Shown here: in pieces, positions 16,718 to 23,978 of the stretch | How the letters are laid out: every line of letters starts with the position of its first letter | Numbering within the stretch: the stretch's first letter is position 1 | NCBI GenBank assembly: GCA_021846125.1 | Contig: JAJZCK010000002.1 | Span: 1-39,709 of the forward strand | Length of the DNA stretch: 39,709 nt | Direction of reading: 5' to 3' | Origin: Actinomycetes bacterium | GTDB taxonomy: Bacteria > Actinomycetota > Acidimicrobiia > Acidimicrobiales > Bog-793 | Translations under genes and position numbers: made by a program | The notes under the pieces: generated by a model | Database searches by the model: none | What the model saw: the letters and a program-made list of their open reading frames with translations, nothing else | Told to the model about the DNA's origin: nothing

Positions 16718-17676
16718 CGGGCGACCAACGCGGTCACCACGCCGAGCAGCGCCAGCACGAACGCTCCGGCGAGCAGCTCCGGCAGGCGGAACAACCGCAG
16801 CTTCGCCGTGAAGACCTCGAAGGTCGCTATCGCGATCCCGGCGAGGACGACCTTCGCCGCGAGCGCAACTGCTCCGACCACCAGCGACGCCATGCCGCTG
16901 GCTGTCGCGATGCCCCACGGCACGGACAGGTTCACGAGCAGACCGAGCAGGAGGGCGAGGCGCATCGACTCGCCGACCGTGACAAGCGCTAGATCCGGTC
17001 CGGAATGCTCGAGAACCATGGCCTCGTGGATCATCGTGAGCTCGAGATGCGTGCTCGGGTTGTCGACCGGCAGGCGGCCGCTCTCGGCGAGCACGACGAC
17101 GACGAACGCGGCCAGCGCGAGGATCCTCCCAGGGCTGGCTATCACCTGCGGGTTCGAGAGCCCATCCCGGACGAGAGCCGGGAGGTTCGAGGTGTGCGCC
17201 GGTATGGAGAACGCGAGGACAGCGACGAGCAGTGCCGGCTCCGCCAGGGCCCCGATGGTCGTGGCCCGGCTCGCTCCCATCCCGCCGAATGGTGTCCCGG
17301 TGTCGAGCGCAGCGAGTGCCAGGAATACCGAGCCGAGCAACAAGACGAAGACGACCCCAAAGAAATCCGTGCTCTGCCCGAGCGCAGGGCGAGTCGTAAG
17401 GAGAGGAGCAGTGCCGGCCACCATCACCGACGTCGAGATCAGTACGATCGGCCCAGCTGCGAACAGCCAGCTCCCGCACTGCGGCCGGATCCGCTGCTTG
17501 GCGAAGAGCTTGCGGACGTCGAGCAACGGCTGGCGCACCGGAGGTCCGACGCGCCCCTCGAGACGGCTGCGTGTCTTGCGCATGAGCCCGAGGAGCAGCG
17601 GGCCACCTACGCCCACCACGAGGATCTGGGCGCCCGCGACGAGAACGGCTCCGGCGACGTCGGGAGGAGCTGTCAT
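16714..17676 (-). CDS. NuoH-like (HycD/HyfC-like) membrane subunit
   Basis: NuoH-type N-terminus (LMRKTRSRLEGRVGPPVRQPLLDVRKLFAKQ) followed by ~8 TM segments. Its ATG overlaps the upstream stop as ATGA (17673-17676). Confidence 0.85.
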   Translation of the reverse strand: MTAPPDVAGAVLVAGAQILVVGVGGPLLLGLMRKTRSRLEGRVGPPVRQPLLDVRKLFAKQRIRPQCGSWLFAAGPIVLISTSVMVAGTAPLLTTRPALGQSTDFFGVVFVLLLGSVFLALAALDTGTPFGGMGASRATTIGALAEPALLVAVLAFSIPAHTSNLPALVRDGLSNPQVIASPGRILALAAFVVVVLAESGRLPVDNPSTHLELTMIHEAMVLEHSGPDLALVTVGESMRLALLLGLLVNLSVPWGIATASGMASLVVGAVALAAKVVLAGIAIATFEVFTAKLRLFRLPELLAGAFVLALLGVVTALVAR

Positions 17677-19682
17677 GCGAGGACCACGAGCACCACGAGC
17701 AGAGCGACGAGGCCGTAGCCCAGGTAGCGGTGGACGCTGCCGTTCTGCAACGCCCGGGCACGGCTCCCCCACCACCGGACAGCCCTGATCGCTGGGCGGT
17801 ACGCGACGCGCTCCACGACGTCACCGACGGAGCTGCGGTACGCGACCCTCTCGACGAAGAAGCGGGACTCTGCGACATGGCTCACGGTCACGTCTCTGTC
17901 TGGCCGGAGCACGTCGTCGAACACACGCTCGAGCGGCTCGGCGAACGACGCCGCGGTGTACTGCATGCGCGGCGTCAAAAGCTCACGCCCACATGCCCAG
18001 CCTTCGGCTACGCGGCGCTTGGGTCGCCGCCGGACCAGGTCCCGCGTGCCCACCGCGACCCCGGCGACGAGAGCCAGCCCGACGGCCGTCCACGCGGGGG
18101 CGAGCACGCCGTGCAGTCCCGACAGCTCCAGCTCAATCCCGCCACGAAGCACGCTCGATCGCCCGCCAGCGACGACCGTAGCGGCCGCGCGCTCGAGGTA
18201 CGGGACGACGAGCATGGGTGCGACACCGAGCACCATGCAGAGCGCAGCGAGCAGGCCGGCGCCGATCTGCATGCCGTGCGGCACCTCGCGCGCCGCCTCG
18301 GCCCCGGGCGATCGAGGACGACCGAGGAGGCCGACGCCGATCGCCTTGACGAAAGCCACGACAGTCAGTCCCCCCGTCAAGGCGAGCGCCGCGACGGCGA
18401 CCGACACGACCACGCCGACCACGGCGCCCGACACTTCGAGCCCGTGCAGCAGGCTCTGGAAGAGGAGCCACTCGCCGACGAAGCCGTTGAGCGGTGGAAG
18501 TGCTGCGACGGCAAGCGCTGCGACGACGAACACCGCCGTCGTGACGGGCATCCGCCGCACCAAGCCCCCGAGCCGGTCCAGCTCGCGCGTGCCGGTGGCT
18601 GCCTGGATCGAGCCGACGGAGAGGAAGAGGCTCGCTTTGAACAATGCGTGGTTGACGACGAGCAGCAACGCGGCGACCATCGCGAGGGCTCCGAGCGTCT
18701 GGTGGCGGCCGTCGGCGAGCAGCCCCGAGACGCCGACGGCGACGAGGACGAGACCCATGTTGTCCGTGGTCGAGTACGCGAGAAGGCGCTTCAGGTCACT
18801 TGCCGCCGAGGCCTGCAGCGCGCCGTAGAGGGCAGATACGACGCCGAGGGCGACGACAGCGGTCCACCACCAGCTCGGCCCGCCTCCGAGCAGGCGGTCC
18901 CCGACGAGCAGGATCCCGTAGATGCCGAGGTTGACCATCGCGCCCGACATGAGGGCCGAGACCGGGCTCGGTGCCTCCGGATGGGCCTTAGGAAGCCAGA
19001 CGTGCAAGGGGACCACCCCCGCCTTCGAGCCGAAGCCCACCAGAGCCAGCACCAGCGCGACGTCGCGTACTCCCCCGGGGAGATGGCCGGCTTGGGAGCG
19101 GATGGCAGCAAAGGAGTGCCCTCCTGCGTGCGCCGACACGAGCACCATCGCGAGCACGATGGATGCCGCGCCCGCGTGGGTCATGACCGCGTACCACTGC
19201 CCGGCGCTGCGCGTCTCCTCGCGCCGATCCTGGTCGACGAGGACGAGCAGCAGCGACGACAGAGCCATCAGCTCCCATGCGACGAGGAACGTGACCGTAT
19301 CGCCCGCTTCGAGGACGACGAGCATGCTCGTGACGAAGACGGGCACGACGCACGACGCGGCACGGGACGAGAGGCCGTGGTGCGCGTATCCGGGCCAGTA
19401 GACGCACACTGCGATCGCCACCACCGCCGTCACCGACACGAGCACGGCCCCGAGCTGACCGAGGACAAGGCCCGCCCCGGTCAGCGGCAGGATCTCGGCC
19501 GTACGCACAGCGACGGGATGCCCGGAGCCGAGCACGTCGACAGCGACGACGATCGCGGCGACGCACGCCGCCGCGGTCAGGGCTGCAGCCACGCGCACCC
19601 GGATGTTCCGGGGGGCGAGCCCACCCGCGGCGGCTGCCGCGGCACCGAGCGCCACCTCGAGGACGAGGACCGCGCCGCTCAC
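17673..19682 (-). CDS. NuoL-like (HyfB-like) antiporter-type membrane subunit
   Basis: Long polytopic protein with WELMALSS...GSKAGVVPLHVWLPKAHPEAPSPVSALMSGAMVNLGIYG. Its GTG overlaps the NuoB-like stop as GTGA (19679-19682). The upstream part of the track ORF lies out of frame inside the NuoB-like gene and is rejected. Confidence 0.85.
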   Translation of the reverse strand: MSGAVLVLEVALGAAAAAAGGLAPRNIRVRVAAALTAAACVAAIVVAVDVLGSGHPVAVRTAEILPLTGAGLVLGQLGAVLVSVTAVVAIAVCVYWPGYAHHGLSSRAASCVVPVFVTSMLVVLEAGDTVTFLVAWELMALSSLLLVLVDQDRREETRSAGQWYAVMTHAGAASIVLAMVLVSAHAGGHSFAAIRSQAGHLPGGVRDVALVLALVGFGSKAGVVPLHVWLPKAHPEAPSPVSALMSGAMVNLGIYGILLVGDRLLGGGPSWWWTAVVALGVVSALYGALQASAASDLKRLLAYSTTDNMGLVLVAVGVSGLLADGRHQTLGALAMVAALLLVVNHALFKASLFLSVGSIQAATGTRELDRLGGLVRRMPVTTAVFVVAALAVAALPPLNGFVGEWLLFQSLLHGLEVSGAVVGVVVSVAVAALALTGGLTVVAFVKAIGVGLLGRPRSPGAEAAREVPHGMQIGAGLLAALCMVLGVAPMLVVPYLERAAATVVAGGRSSVLRGGIELELSGLHGVLAPAWTAVGLALVAGVAVGTRDLVRRRPKRRVAEGWACGRELLTPRMQYTAASFAEPLERVFDDVLRPDRDVTVSHVAESRFFVERVAYRSSVGDVVERVAYRPAIRAVRWWGSRARALQNGSVHRYLGYGLVALLVVLVVLA

Positions 19683-20173
19683 CGACCCGTCAGGCCCCGG
19701 AGCGCGTCGACGATCGCGCCTGGGCTCGGCGGGCAGCCTGCCACGTGAACGTCGACTGCCAGCACGTCGCCCACCGCACCCTCGACGCCGTACCCGCCGT
19801 GAAACACCCCGCAGTCTCGAGCACAGTCCCCGAGCGCCACGACGAGCCTCGGCTCGGGCATCGCGTCGAACGTCTTCGCGAGCGGGCGCGCCATGTTCCT
19901 CGTGACCGGGCCGGAAACGAGGAGCGCGTCGGCATGGCGCGGCGACGCGACCAGGCGCGCTCCGAAGCGCTCTGCGTCGTACACGGGCCCGAACGCGGAG
20001 ACGACCTCCATCTCGCAGCCGTTGCACGACCCGGCGTCGACGTGACGCAGCTGGACCGATCCACGAAGGGTGCTCGCCGGCACCCGCGCCTGCTCGAGAT
20101 CGGACCGCCGTCTCGCCGTCTCGGTCACGCGACCAGGACGCAAGATCGTCCGCGCACCAGACCAGAAGGACAT
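19679..20173 (-). CDS. NuoB-like small subunit with an intact [4Fe-4S] cysteine set
   Basis: GSCNGCE (Cys50, Cys53), GDCA (Cys117) and GCPP (Cys147) match the NuoB / hydrogenase small-subunit cluster motif. ATG at 20173 has AGGA 6 nt upstream. It is the first gene of the operon. Confidence 0.85.
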   Translation of the reverse strand: MSFWSGARTILRPGRVTETARRRSDLEQARVPASTLRGSVQLRHVDAGSCNGCEMEVVSAFGPVYDAERFGARLVASPRHADALLVSGPVTRNMARPLAKTFDAMPEPRLVVALGDCARDCGVFHGGYGVEGAVGDVLAVDVHVAGCPPSPGAIVDALRGLTGR

Positions 20174-20230
20174 CAGCGTTCCTGCCCCGGTCGGTCCGGG
20201 CGGTTCACGCCCGGCTCCCCGGCTGCACGA

Positions 20231-20292
20231 CCCATTTACATGACAAATCCGTCACCTTGCCAGATTGACATATAATAGATCTGGTTGCAAGG
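20231..20292. promoter_or_regulatory. AT-rich divergent control region containing the inverted repeat CCAGAT-N13-ATCTGG
   Basis: cccatttacatgacaaatccgtcaccttgccagattgacatataatagatctggttgcaagg is the most AT-rich stretch I saw in the window. It contains TTGACA, TATAAT and TTGCAA hexamers, although their spacing is not canonical. The inverted repeat spans 20260-20284. The region lies between divergent starts at 20173 (-) and 20339 (+). Confidence 0.4.
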
Positions 20293-20338
20293 TGGAGAGC
20301 GCTGTGGAGGACTGGGTGCGCGAGCAGGAGGTGGGGAC

Positions 20339-21403
20339 ATGGCCGATCTGATCGAGCTCGTCGTCTGCGAGGGAGACGAGACAGGGCAGGAGCTGCTGGA
20401 ACAGGCATTGCGAGTGCTTGACGAGCACGTGCTCGGGATCCCGATCACCACGCATCGCTTCGACCTCTCGCTGGCGAACCGACGGCGCACGAGCAACGGC
20501 GTGGTCCACGACGCAGCCACTGCGATGCGTGCCGCAGGCCTCGGCTTGAAGGCGGCGACGGTGACTCCACCTGGAATCGGCGACGTCGGCTCGCCGAACC
20601 GGATACTCAGGGAGGGCGTGGGCGGATCGGTCATCGTGCGCACCGGCCGCAGGATCCCCGGAGTCACGCCTCTCGCACCGATCGTCCACCCGATCGTCGT
20701 CGTGCGCATGGCGGTGGGGGATGCGTACGGGGCGCAGGAGTCACGGTCGGGGACACCGGGGAGCGTCGAGGAGGAGGCACTCCGAACGGAGCGCATCACT
20801 CGCAGGACGTGCCGCGCCGTGGCCGAGTTCTCGTTCCGGAGTGCCGCCGCAACCGGTGCTTGGGTCTACGGCGGTCCGAAGTGGACCGTATCGGCAATCT
20901 ACGAGGGCCTCCTCAAAGAGGAGATGGACGCGGCCGCGGCGCGGCACCCCGACGTCACCTACCGGCCGGTCCTCGTCGACGCGGCCTACGCAGGGCTGCT
21001 CACCGAAGCAGCGGAGCACGCGCTCGTGATCCCCGCACTGAACCGTGACGGCGACTGCCTCTCCGACCTCGTGCTCGGGCTCTTCGGCTCGATCGCGGGG
21101 GCCGAATCGGTCCTGCTGGCACTCGACGACGAGCTGCGGCCCGCCGTCGCTATGGCGGAGGCTCCCCACGGCACCGCTCCCTCGCTGCAGGGCAAGGACG
21201 TCGCCAATCCGATGGCGATGCTGCTCGCCTGCGCCGCGGTCCTGGACCACGCGTCGGCTCGGGGCAATCCGGACGCCGGAACGGCTGCGCACGCTATCCG
21301 CGAAGCGACGCTCGGCGCTGCCGCGGCTGGAGTGAGGACCTTCGACCTCGGCGGCAGTGCCACGACCACCGAGGTCGTCGACGAGGTCCTCGGCCGTCTA
21401 TGA
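20339..21403 (+). CDS. Isocitrate/isopropylmalate dehydrogenase-family protein (short, IDH subfamily-II-like)
   Basis: ATG at 20339 lies 7 nt after GGAGG. Motifs EGDETGQELL (compare GDEMTR), LKAATVTPP (compare KCATITP) and NRDGDCLSDLVLGLFGSIAGAESVL (compare NYDGDVQSD..GSLG). It is 354 aa, shorter than classic ~405-aa enzymes. Confidence 0.75.
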   Translation: MADLIELVVCEGDETGQELLEQALRVLDEHVLGIPITTHRFDLSLANRRRTSNGVVHDAATAMRAAGLGLKAATVTPPGIGDVGSPNRILREGVGGSVIVRTGRRIPGVTPLAPIVHPIVVVRMAVGDAYGAQESRSGTPGSVEEEALRTERITRRTCRAVAEFSFRSAAATGAWVYGGPKWTVSAIYEGLLKEEMDAAAARHPDVTYRPVLVDAAYAGLLTEAAEHALVIPALNRDGDCLSDLVLGLFGSIAGAESVLLALDDELRPAVAMAEAPHGTAPSLQGKDVANPMAMLLACAAVLDHASARGNPDAGTAAHAIREATLGAAAAGVRTFDLGGSATTTEVVDEVLGRL

Positions 21404-21838
21404 GCGGCGGAGCCGGTCGAGCAGGAGCGTGCACGGAGTCGGGACGTGCGAAGCGACGACGTGGAGACCCGGGTGGACGATGCCGCCGAGAGCGAAGATC
21501 GGAACGGCGGCCCCGAGGGGGGCGACGGCTGCCGCCCATCGCGCCGCCCAGCCCCAGCGGGTCCGCGGACGCCGGGCAAGCACCTGCGTGAGCCGGCCTG
21601 CTCGCCGCTCGGAGCTGCTGATCGCGCGAAGGACCAGGTCGGTAGCGTCTCGCGCCGGCTCGACGGCCCGCAGCCGGCACCTTCGCACGAGCTCCTCCGC
21701 GCCCGCCTCGTACGCGCGGCAGTGCACGCACCGGACGAGGTGCGCCTCCACGGCCGCCGGGGTGATCTGCGCGTCCTCGCCGTCGATGAGCGCCGAGATC
21801 GCCTCGCACACTGCGGCGCAGCGTGCCGGGCTACGCAC
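21398..21838 (-). CDS. zf-HC2 (ZAS-type) anti-sigma factor, single-pass membrane protein
   Basis: CEAISALIDGEDAQITPAAVEAHLVRCVHCRAY carries the H-x3-C-x2-C zinc motif. TM segment AAAVAPLGAAVPIFALGGIV. Short tail HPGLHVVASHVPTPC. It overlaps the CtaG-like stop by 8 nt. Confidence 0.75.
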   Translation of the reverse strand: MRSPARCAAVCEAISALIDGEDAQITPAAVEAHLVRCVHCRAYEAGAEELVRRCRLRAVEPARDATDLVLRAISSSERRAGRLTQVLARRPRTRWGWAARWAAAVAPLGAAVPIFALGGIVHPGLHVVASHVPTPCTLLLDRLRRS

Positions 21839-22736
21839 CTGGTGCCTCCGGTGGCGACGCCGGAGCGAGGAAGCGCTGACGACCGAAAGCCCTCTCGATC
21901 AGGGAATTGACGTCGCCTTCCTGTTCGACTGCCCGTTTGATGACGACGATGAGCGCGGGAAGAGCCCAGAAATCGCCGCAGACCCAGAGGATCGCCGCGC
22001 CGATCTGCTGGTCCGCGAACGGCGAGAGCGACACGCCGGCAAGATGGTCGTACGGCGCATACCACGAGTGCGTGCTGAAGATGCTGAGCGCCATCGCGAG
22101 GACGAACATCACGACGTTCGTCGAGATGATCGCCACCGTCTGGCCGACGCCCGACAGCTTCGGCTTGATCGGGTGCGACGGGATGATCTGCAGCCAGAAG
22201 AAGACGCCCGTGACGAAGAAGCTGCCATGCATGAGCCAGACATGGACGTACTGGGACCGCGCCGCCAGGTCGAACAGCACCGGGACGTGCCAGACGACCA
22301 TGACGACGTCGAGCGCGACGACCGCGACGACGCCACGCCCGAGAAAGCGCCCGACCGCCCGCAGAGGGCGCGCCCAGGGTCCGAGCAGGACCGCCCGGCC
22401 GACCCGCCGCCGCACCGTGACGGGCAGCCCGTGGACGAGCGGGATCCACGGAGCACCCGCGACGACGAGCATCGGCGCGAAGAACATGATCAAGATGTGC
22501 TCGATCATGTGGATGTAGAAATAGGAGCCGGCCCAGTAGTCGATCGGTGACTCGACGGTGACGAGGAGCAGCGCGAGCCCTCCGTAGAAGGCGCCGGAGC
22601 GTACCCGCCTCCGCCGTGCGCGCTCTGTCGTCGACCGCCGGGCGAGATTGGCAAGACCCAGCTCGTGCAGCACGACGAGGGCCGCGACGACGAGCAGGAA
22701 CGGATCGAACGACCAATGCTCGACGACGATGCTCAA
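21831..22736 (-). CDS. ctaG: Cytochrome c oxidase assembly protein, Caa3_CtaG family (membrane)
   Basis: HWSFDPFLLVVAALVV..., YFYIHMIEHILIMFFAPMLVVAG and WHVPVLFD motifs, with 7-8 TM segments. This is typical of the Bacillus-type CtaG family. Confidence 0.8.
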   Translation of the reverse strand: MSIVVEHWSFDPFLLVVAALVVLHELGLANLARRSTTERARRRRVRSGAFYGGLALLLVTVESPIDYWAGSYFYIHMIEHILIMFFAPMLVVAGAPWIPLVHGLPVTVRRRVGRAVLLGPWARPLRAVGRFLGRGVVAVVALDVVMVVWHVPVLFDLAARSQYVHVWLMHGSFFVTGVFFWLQIIPSHPIKPKLSGVGQTVAIISTNVVMFVLAMALSIFSTHSWYAPYDHLAGVSLSPFADQQIGAAILWVCGDFWALPALIVVIKRAVEQEGDVNSLIERAFGRQRFLAPASPPEAPGA

Positions 22737-22757
22737 CGTGCCCGACCGTCCTCTCGC

Positions 22758-23978
22758 TCAGCCCGAGGAGCCGTAGGTGATCGGCACCTCGATGGTCTGC
22801 GATCTCACCCAGCGACGAGATCGTAGGCGCAGCACGTCGTCGTAGAGCGTGGAGCCGTGGACGACGAGCGCGTCGACCCGTGCGGATCTCGCGGTGCCGG
22901 AGAACGCGACCGTCGCGGTGCTCGCGGGAGGTGAAGGAAGCTCTTGCCATGCCGCGCCGGCACCAGGTGGTCCCGTCGTCTCGAGACGAAGGCCCGAGCC
23001 CTCGGCGAGCAGGACGAAGAGCGCGCCCGAGCCGAGCGTGCCGGATGCGACGAGGCGACCTGCGGACTCGAGCGGGAGCGACTTCGACACCGACCACGTG
23101 CCACTCGTGACCGGCCATGCTCCGACGAGCGAGACGCGGCGAGCCCGGTCCAGCTCGACCAGCGCCGACGTCCGACCACCCGATGAGCTGAGCCGCAGCA
23201 ATCCGGCCGCGGACGACGCCCCGCCGGGCAGGTGGAGCGGCACGAGATTCCAGCCCGTGCTGGTGCGGGTGAAGATCCCGACACGACCACCCTTGCTGCA
23301 GCTTGCCCCGACGAGAGGGGTCCCGCCAGGTCCGTACGCGACGGCGACGAGCCGCCGGAGGCCACAGGACCGGCCCGCCGGGGAGACGCGGAGGGTGCCC
23401 ACACGAAGAGACGTGTGCCAGTCCGACGTGTTGCCCGAGCTCGCAAGAACAGAGCCGTCCCGGGCTCCGACGAGAGCGAGCATCCCTCCGACCCCCGACA
23501 CCGCCAGGGCATCCGGAGTCGTCGCGAGCCGCGCCGGCACGAGCCCAGCGGACCACCCTCTACCGGCGTCCGCCGTCTCGGCAAGCGGCGAGTAGCCGAG
23601 GAGCTGGCTGGCCTCAAATCCTGCAAGGACACGACCGGTCCGGCTGCTCGTGCTCACGAGGCCGCCGTTGTCGGCGACGCCCGGCGGCGTGACGAGGGTC
23701 CAGCGTGACGAGGACGGTCGGAGGACGAACGTCTGCCAGAAGGTGTTGACGAGCTGGCCGACGCGACCCATCGCGACGTCGGCCCAGGTGCCGTCACGCG
23801 AAGAGAACGAGGTCGCGAGTGGGACGCCGAGCGGGGCCGGGCCACCGATCGACGTCCGGGCCGGCAGGAGCACGTCTCCGGCGGTCCAGTGTGCCGTCCC
23901 CCCCGCTCCGAGAAGCGCGGTTGCGCCGAGGGCCCCGACGTTCAGGGCGAGGCGAGCCCGGTGAGCCACCCGTGTCAC
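22758..23978 (-). CDS. Secreted protein of unknown function with ~8 Trp-punctuated repeats (beta-propeller-like)
   Basis: The GTG overlaps the upstream stop as GTGA (23975-23978). Signal-like N-terminus VTRVAHRARLALNVGALGATALLGAGG. Recurrent ~45-aa units end in DGTW, SSRW, GRGW, TSDW, STGW, SGTW, GAAW and SRRW. The upstream part of the track ORF is rejected. Confidence 0.65.
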   Translation of the reverse strand: MTRVAHRARLALNVGALGATALLGAGGTAHWTAGDVLLPARTSIGGPAPLGVPLATSFSSRDGTWADVAMGRVGQLVNTFWQTFVLRPSSSRWTLVTPPGVADNGGLVSTSSRTGRVLAGFEASQLLGYSPLAETADAGRGWSAGLVPARLATTPDALAVSGVGGMLALVGARDGSVLASSGNTSDWHTSLRVGTLRVSPAGRSCGLRRLVAVAYGPGGTPLVGASCSKGGRVGIFTRTSTGWNLVPLHLPGGASSAAGLLRLSSSGGRTSALVELDRARRVSLVGAWPVTSGTWSVSKSLPLESAGRLVASGTLGSGALFVLLAEGSGLRLETTGPPGAGAAWQELPSPPASTATVAFSGTARSARVDALVVHGSTLYDDVLRLRSRRWVRSQTIEVPITYGSSG

